Virus record (IMG/VR): IMGVR_UViG_3300020045_006153
Span: 275,550-339,549 of that record
From: a virus
Lineage: Duplodnaviria; Heunggongvirae; Uroviricota; Caudoviricetes
Direction: 5' to 3' (one strand)
Length of the DNA stretch: 64,000 bases
Below, piece after piece: positions 59,129 through 64,000 of this stretch (its first letter is position 1; every line of letters starts with the position of its first letter). Below the pieces are notes generated by a model. It made no database searches, had not been told where the DNA came from, and saw only the letters and a program-made list of their open reading frames with translations. The position numbers were made by a program, and so were the translations under genes.

Positions 59129-59326
59129 TTATCCGTACATTGTTTCAAAGTCGAATGCAGTGCTGCCGTAGTCCCAGCGCTCGTCATCCCAATCGTCGCC
59201 CCATGCTTCGATGCATTCTTCGACTAGCGACACAGGCACTTTTAGGTCCAGGGCGATCATGTGTGGAGCCATACCTCGCTTGTACAAGTCTTCGATCTCG
59301 CCGTATACTTTGCTCATCATGCTCAT
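59129..59326 (-). CDS. Small HTH-like protein with acidic tail
   Basis: GMAPHMIALDLKVPVSLVEE. Confidence 0.65.
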   Translation of the reverse strand: MSMMSKVYGEIEDLYKRGMAPHMIALDLKVPVSLVEECIEAWGDDWDDERWDYGSTAFDFETMYG

Positions 59327-59716
59327 CGTATTCTCCTTGTTGCGATATATGTATTATACTGTTGATCGACATTGCTGTCAAGCGAAAGGGGAAATTAATC
59401 CCCTTTCATTCTCTAACTATTCTCTAAACTAATTATAAGTTTAAATTATTGCATTATTGCCTCACCTCACGAAAGGCTTATATAGTATCTTATGGTTCAT
59501 TTAACAAACAGCAAAGTATTGTTACTTGCTGCTACCTATTGCCAACTTAAGCAAAATACTTCTTGAACCAGGTTGGAACAACTTTCATCTCCTTAGTAAC
59601 TGCAAAAATACGTGCTTTGTTTTTACGAGCGGACATTTTGTTTTCCTTTACTGTGTTGCTATGTATGTATTATAACGCTAAACTATCTGCTTGTCAACTT
59701 CTTTTTGCTGCCTACT

Positions 59717-59914
59717 TCAAAAACTTTTTCGATGCCACTTGTAAAGCCGTTCAGCCTCTTCACCTTTGTTGTTGTCTTTTGCGGCCTGCATCAACCCGCG
59801 GATGTTTGTTGCTTCGGCGCGACCAGCAGTGTAGTACTTGTAATCATCGCTCATCTGGTAGTACCAGTCATGGGCAATTAGGGCTGCTTCTAGTTCTTTG
59901 AGTGTGGTTTCCAT
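59717..59914 (-). CDS. Early hypothetical protein
   Basis: HDWYYQMSDD motif common in phage early proteins. Confidence 0.75.
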   Translation of the reverse strand: METTLKELEAALIAHDWYYQMSDDYKYYTAGRAEATNIRGLMQAAKDNNKGEEAERLYKWHRKSF

Positions 59915-59968
59915 TATATTCCGTACTGTGCTGCTATGCATGTATTATAAGGCCTTTCGGCCTTATTG

Positions 59969-60295
59969 TCAATCCATTCTGCTGCCCGCGTAAAACTTTA
60001 CACCCAATTTCTCAGTCAGCACCTTGGCTGCTGCCCGTGCACCTTCTTCCAGTGCAGTTATGCTCTGAGTATAAGACTTGCTGGGATTCCACAGTTGGTA
60101 GCCGCCGCCATATGACTTGCTGAAGCCGTGCTTCTTTAATTCGCGAACCAAACGACTAGTACCTTTTTCATGTGTAGTAATCCAGGCAAAGCCACAGCAA
60201 TCGCGATCGCCGTGTTGTTGCAGCCATTGTGCAGTTGCAGTAGATGCGGCTTGCATTGCTTCTGCTACGACTGCTTGGACGTTGACTTCGGACAT
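59969..60295 (-). CDS. Early conserved hypothetical protein
   Basis: CGFAW...QS...E.GA.A.A.VL...SRMD. Confidence 0.8.
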   Translation of the reverse strand: MSEVNVQAVVAEAMQAASTATAQWLQQHGDRDCCGFAWITTHEKGTSRLVRELKKHGFSKSYGGGYQLWNPSKSYTQSITALEEGARAAAKVLTEKLGVKFYAGSRMD

Positions 60296-60639
60296 ATAAA
60301 CTCCTATTGCGTTGTGTATGTATGTATTATAAGGCCAAAGTGCAGGCCTGTCAACAGATTTGTACGTGTTTCATCAAACAAAGTTCCGCATTGCTTGATA
60401 CATAAAGCCTCCAAGCATAGCAATGCAGGCTATTGCAAACATGATACCGAAGATTGCAATCAATATGCCCAGGATATCCATTAAGAAGTCGACCATATCA
60501 ACCCGCCAAAAGAATAAGACATGCAACAATCACAGCAGCAACGGGCATGTGACAAAGGGCAAGCACAATAACGGCAATCCAGGGCATAGCGTTTCCTTTT
60601 AGTTTCATAAATGTATTATACTCTCAGAACGCGGTATTG

Positions 60640-60810
60640 TCAAGCCGCTTTGCGAAAGTAACTGTAAGGAATGCCGTGTTCCCAAGCATAGTAGTCCCAG
60701 TCGCCACTGCACTCGCTAGCCTGCATCAGCCAACGCAGCGCGTCTGTGCGTGTCTTAGCACCACTTGCAATAGTGCTAGCCACTAAGGCTTCGAATCGCT
60801 CAATGGCCCG
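60640..60810 (-). pseudogene. Start-less 3' gene fragment
   Basis: RAIERFEAL...ALRWLMQA...EHGIPYSYF has no SD/ATG and is out of frame with the upstream ORF 60800..60961. Confidence 0.4.
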
Positions 60811-60961
60811 TTTCGGCTTCTTTTTCGACGAATTCGATGTTGTCGATATCTTCGCCCGTTTCGGGCCGCAGGCTTGTCCAGATAGCGTCAGCAACCCATT
60901 TGCGGGGATGTGATGCTTCGTCGTCCAAGATCAGGTCAAAGGATACGCGGTATGTCTTCAT
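60800..60961 (-). CDS. 53-aa hypothetical protein
   Basis: MKTYRVSFDLILDDEASHPRKW...; SD aagga. Confidence 0.55.
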   Translation of the reverse strand: MKTYRVSFDLILDDEASHPRKWVADAIWTSLRPETGEDIDNIEFVEKEAETGH

Positions 60962-60963
60962 TT

Positions 60964-61209
60964 TTAGTCCTTATTCAGTTCTGCGGCAATGTAAAGGTAT
61001 TCCTCTTCCTTACTGACCATGCTCAAGTCAGTAACAGCGTCAACCCATCCTTCGAGTATATCAACACGATCAATGCCCTCTAGCGTCGAACGAACGAGCG
61101 ACCTTGCATCAGTTTCGTCGTATGCTTCTACAATCATCTTCACATCAACTTCAAAGTGTGCCATTTCAGTATGCTCCGTAGGATGCGTCAAGTTGCAGTT
61201 CAAGTCCAT
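60964..61209 (-). CDS. Early acidic protein
   Basis: Promoter and SD present. Confidence 0.7.
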   Translation of the reverse strand: MDLNCNLTHPTEHTEMAHFEVDVKMIVEAYDETDARSLVRSTLEGIDRVDILEGWVDAVTDLSMVSKEEEYLYIAAELNKD

Positions 61210-61266
61210 ATATGTTCCTTTGTTACTTGTATGTATTATAACAAGGAACACAAGATCGGTCAACTA

Positions 61267-61578
61267 CTATTTCAATTTACTTTCGTCAAACTGACCAAAC
61301 GTAATCACAGCACGTTCAATCTTCATCTTACCCGACTTGAAGTAAGCAACCCACATGTCGCTATTCTCTTCGCCTGTGCCGCCGAGTGTAAACAGTGTGC
61401 CCGGATGTGCAGTGGACACTGTCTTCATGTGATCTTTCCAGTCGTACCACTTTACTTCGTTAAGTGTAAACGCGGTGTCCCACCCATATCCTGTGATATC
61501 GCGCAGTTCTTCAACAAGAACTTCGTCGTCGATAGCATCGTTGTCGTGCTCCATGCTGAATGTTGTGTAATATCCCAT
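61267..61578 (-). CDS. Early conserved hypothetical protein
   Basis: MGYYT...KWY...S...P..LFTL.G.GEE..D.W..YF..GK. Confidence 0.8.
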   Translation of the reverse strand: MGYYTTFSMEHDNDAIDDEVLVEELRDITGYGWDTAFTLNEVKWYDWKDHMKTVSTAHPGTLFTLGGTGEENSDMWVAYFKSGKMKIERAVITFGQFDESKLK

Positions 61579-61764
61579 TGTAGTTCCTTAAGAAGGGTTA
61601 ACTGTTAGTTTTCAGAATGTTTGCAGCCAATTGCAGGTATTGCAAATAGGTTAATTCTTTTGCGCCTGCTGCTTGGCAACGCACACAGTGGCGGAAGTAT
61701 TCGAATTGAAAAGACATTTGTATTCCTTTAGTTGTATGTATTATACTCTCAACTTACACTGCTG

Positions 61765-61959
61765 TCAAGCGTTATTGCGCAAATCTTCAATGTCCACTGC
61801 AATCTCCATAGCCAACTCGTCCAGTTCAGTCATGTACATATCGCTTACATCTGTGCCGCCAAGTGCAGCCTGAATCAGCATACGGGCTTCCTCGATCTTC
61901 CGCTGCGCTTCTTGCAAAAGTGGAATCTTTGTTGCTTGAACTACTGCGACATCTTGCAT
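61765..61959 (-). CDS. Early hypothetical protein
   Basis: Promoter and SD present. Confidence 0.7.
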   Translation of the reverse strand: MQDVAVVQATKIPLLQEAQRKIEEARMLIQAALGGTDVSDMYMTELDELAMEIAVDIEDLRNNA

Positions 61960-61998
61960 TTTGTTTCCTTGTTTGCTTGCTATGCTTGTATTATAGCA

Positions 61999-62178
61999 TC
62001 ACTTTGAGGGAACGTATACCTTTATTTGTACACAGATTGCGGAATATCCGCGCTCTACTGCTCTCGTACCTTGCATACGTTGGCAAGACTCGTAATCTGC
62101 GACCGGAGGCGAGTATGAAATTTGGTTGCTATTGTAGCCGCCAACTGACATCAAAACCCAAACTAAAACTGTTTGCAT
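61999..62178 (-). CDS. 59-aa hypothetical protein with two Cys
   Basis: MQTVLVWVLMSVGGYNSNQ...SC...CVQIKV; SD present. Confidence 0.55.
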   Translation of the reverse strand: MQTVLVWVLMSVGGYNSNQISYSPPVADYESCQRMQGTRAVERGYSAICVQIKVYVPSK

Positions 62179-62211
62179 AGTGTTCCTTAGTGTGCTTGTA
62201 TTATAGCACCG

Positions 62212-62409
62212 TTATTCTGCAAAGTCAACGTATCCGTCAATAAAACTATCCGACATGTAGCCGTCTTCCATTGCCTGCAACAGCGTATCGCCATTGCAAA
62301 TCAGCCGGCCACCTCCACAGTTATTCATGATGTATGCAGCATACTCGTCATCGAGATCGCCTGAGTCGAACGCTTCTTCAACTTCTTCGCGTGTTGCTTG
62401 ATTGCGCAT
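62212..62409 (-). CDS. Early acidic protein
   Basis: ICNGDTLLQAME; promoter and SD present. Confidence 0.7.
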   Translation of the reverse strand: MRNQATREEVEEAFDSGDLDDEYAAYIMNNCGGGRLICNGDTLLQAMEDGYMSDSFIDGYVDFAE

Positions 62410-62482
62410 TGTGTATTCCTTGTTGCTATGCTTGTATTATAACGCAGAAAGGAACTGCTGTCAAACAATTCCCTAACTTATT

Positions 62483-62710
62483 TTAGTATTTCGGAATAGG
62501 ACGGGGATCCATCCTCATAATCGATTCGCACACTTCCTTCGCTTCCTTCAAGCCAATCTTGTACTGATTGCGGATGAACTTGATTGCGATCAACCTCGTG
62601 CTGAATGCGTTATCAACAGATCCTGCCAACATCAAGGAGCGCACGACGTCGAACTCAGCGTCTGTTACGTTGTGTGTCTCGTACTTCACTGCATATTTGA
62701 TCGTTTGCAT
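62483..62710 (-). CDS. Ribosomal L7/L12 C-terminal-domain-like protein
   Basis: LIAIKFIRNQYKIGLKEAKEVCE. Confidence 0.6.
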   Translation of the reverse strand: MQTIKYAVKYETHNVTDAEFDVVRSLMLAGSVDNAFSTRLIAIKFIRNQYKIGLKEAKEVCESIMRMDPRPIPKY

Positions 62711-62765
62711 GTATGTTCCTTTGTTTGCTGCGTTGTATGTATTATAACAGCGTATCGCTACACTG

Positions 62766-62945
62766 TCAATAGATTAGTTGCAAAGAGTTTGTAAAATACG
62801 TCCACGGTCTGTACCACACTGGGGGCTTGTAACCAAAATACATTGCGTCATTGCGCGCCTCTTCCAGCGTCTTGTTGTATACTGTTAATGTGGTGGTGAT
62901 GTTGCTTTTGCCCCACCACATAACGATTCTTGGATAGCGTCTCAT
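62766..62945 (-). CDS. 59-aa hypothetical protein
   Basis: Coupled downstream of the gene at 62947. Confidence 0.45.
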   Translation of the reverse strand: MRRYPRIVMWWGKSNITTTLTVYNKTLEEARNDAMYFGYKPPVWYRPWTYFTNSLQLIY

Positions 62946-62946
62946 A

Positions 62947-63258
62947 TTAAATTTCCTTCCAGCCGCTGCTCATGCACAGCCACTGTTCTTCACCCACAAC
63001 CACCACGTCGCCTACGCTAAGGCTACGAGCACGTCCGTACTTCTCTTCGCGCTCGTCCTGGCGATAAGGGTTGTTAGTAAGGTCAAACGCTTCTTCGGCT
63101 GCATCCATGCTGTCGCCGTTTGCTTCAAACAGTGCAGACTCAGTGTACAGTCCTGCTTTCATTGCAGCACGGATTGCTTCAATTGCTTTGTCTTCTTCCA
63201 GGAAGTACAGTGTACCCATCATCGAGGAAGGAGCAAGTTTGAGTTTAATCGTTGCCAT
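62947..63258 (-). CDS. YodL-like domain protein
   Basis: EEAF...N...RSLSVGDVVVV...W.C...GW. Confidence 0.65.
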   Translation of the reverse strand: MATIKLKLAPSSMMGTLYFLEEDKAIEAIRAAMKAGLYTESALFEANGDSMDAAEEAFDLTNNPYRQDEREEKYGRARSLSVGDVVVVGEEQWLCMSSGWKEI

Positions 63259-63417
63259 TTCGTGTTCCTTTGTTTGCTGCGTTGTATGTATTATAAGGCC
63301 GTTTGAGAGAGAATGCAATACTTTTTTGAAATGTTACACTTTGTTACATCTGCGTGAGATCGTGAGAAAGCCCGCGCACTTCACAGCGGGCGGGCTTACT
63401 AAATCAACTTGACTTAA

Positions 63418-63687
63418 TTAAACTAGGCCAAGTGCCATTGCTTTGTAGCCAGCAGCCACGATCTCACGGCTTGGAGTACCTAGTACATACTCGCTTACCT
63501 GTACGCCGTTGCCTGCCTTGCGATTCTTCAAATACACTGCGTAACCACTGTGGCGGATGCGACTAACTTCAGCACGGATGTTCATGATACCAAACCGCTT
63601 TGCAGCCTGTGATTGGGTAACACGGTCACCTTGTTGTAGTGCTGTGAACAGTTTGTATGTCTTTGTTTCTGGGCTAATCTTCTTCAT
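63418..63687 (-). CDS. Winged-HTH DNA-binding protein
   Basis: VTQSQAAKRFGIMNIRAEVSRIRHSGY. Confidence 0.7.
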   Translation of the reverse strand: MKKISPETKTYKLFTALQQGDRVTQSQAAKRFGIMNIRAEVSRIRHSGYAVYLKNRKAGNGVQVSEYVLGTPSREIVAAGYKAMALGLV

Positions 63688-63776
63688 ATATTGTTTTCCT
63701 TATTGTGTACTGCTTAACAGTTAAAACTATTGTAGCAAATACACAACAGGTAAATCAATATATTATTTTGCCAAAC

Positions 63777-63989
63777 TTAGCTCTTTGAGGAAGTAGACTT
63801 GAACAACAGGCCAAACAGCACAAGGATACCCCAGGCCTGAAGCCAAGTAATTTCATGCACGCCGTCGACTAGTCCAACCAAGCACCCATTCCACAGCCAA
63901 TAGACTGGCAAACTCATCAGCAAGCCAAACCCAACGATAAGAGCAACAATGCCGAGAATGCCGAGAATAATTGTAGAGATAGCGTTCAT
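63777..63989 (-). CDS. Small membrane protein
   Basis: WLWN...ITWLQAWGI. Confidence 0.7.
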   Translation of the reverse strand: MNAISTIILGILGIVALIVGFGLLMSLPVYWLWNGCLVGLVDGVHEITWLQAWGILVLFGLLFKSTSSKS

Positions 63990-64000
63990 GTGTGATCCTT

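Larger units (their letters stand above)
48600..63760 (-). promoter_or_regulatory. Dispersed family of ~40 sigma70-type early promoter + leader units: TTGACA/TTGCAC-N16-17-TATAATACATRCA...AAGGA-N5-7-ATG
   Basis: + strand (g)tattata cores near 48635, 48930, 49168, 49355, 49660, 50063, 50288, 50508, 50805, 51132, 51450, 51818, 52183, 52869, 53899, 54614, 55170, 55801, 56813, 57066, 57573, 57852, 58434, 58648, 58948, 59351, 59667, 59942, 60324, 60613, 61233, 61738, 61988, 62198, 62434, 62739 and 63288, plus variants at about 52940, 55557, 57168 and 63728. Confidence 0.9.

Noticed and set aside
48600-63760. Repeated TGTATTATA units as a CRISPR array
   Set aside because: Spacing is 150-1000 bp and irregular, the units are degenerate promoter/SD sequences followed by ORFs, and no cas genes are present.
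1-64000. Stop-codon reassignment, tRNA genes, introns/inteins, DGR or retron reverse transcriptase
   Set aside because: Conserved genes are full-length in code 11 with all three stop codons used. No cloverleaf, intein/intron interruption or RT motif was seen by eye; a tRNAscan/Infernal run would confirm.

Overview
This is a segment of a large T4-superfamily (myovirus-type, probably jumbo) phage genome read in the standard genetic code, with no tRNA, rRNA or CRISPR array seen. It has four parts. (1) 1-13.7 kb: a collagen-like, Cys-rich beta-helix tail fibre and Gly-rich virion proteins, followed by a surface-modification locus (glycosyltransferases, carbamoyltransferase, GmhB-like phosphatase, sulfotransferase, APS kinase). 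(2) 13.7-44 kb: the AT-rich core, with neck, tail, terminase, SSB, UvsX/Y/W, clamp-loader subunit, a miniature DnaE-like protein, primase and helicase. (3) 44-48 kb: a second glycosyl/methyltransferase cluster. (4) 48.5-64 kb: a more GC-rich array of tiny minus-strand genes, nearly all with their own copy (about 40) of one sigma70-type promoter/leader. The strongest unexplained signal is inside this array. A ~2 kb block (50.83-52.88 kb) almost completely excludes GA and GG from the template strand (TC/CC from the coding strand), even at the cost of proline, and it coincides with tandem CTTTACA-N3-CTTTACA boxes. The array also hides, below the ORF-track size cut-off, a 40-aa type IV prepilin mimic, an RMF-like peptide and leaderless micro-genes, plus a strongly structured ncRNA candidate. 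All family calls come from motif recognition by eye, not from database searches.
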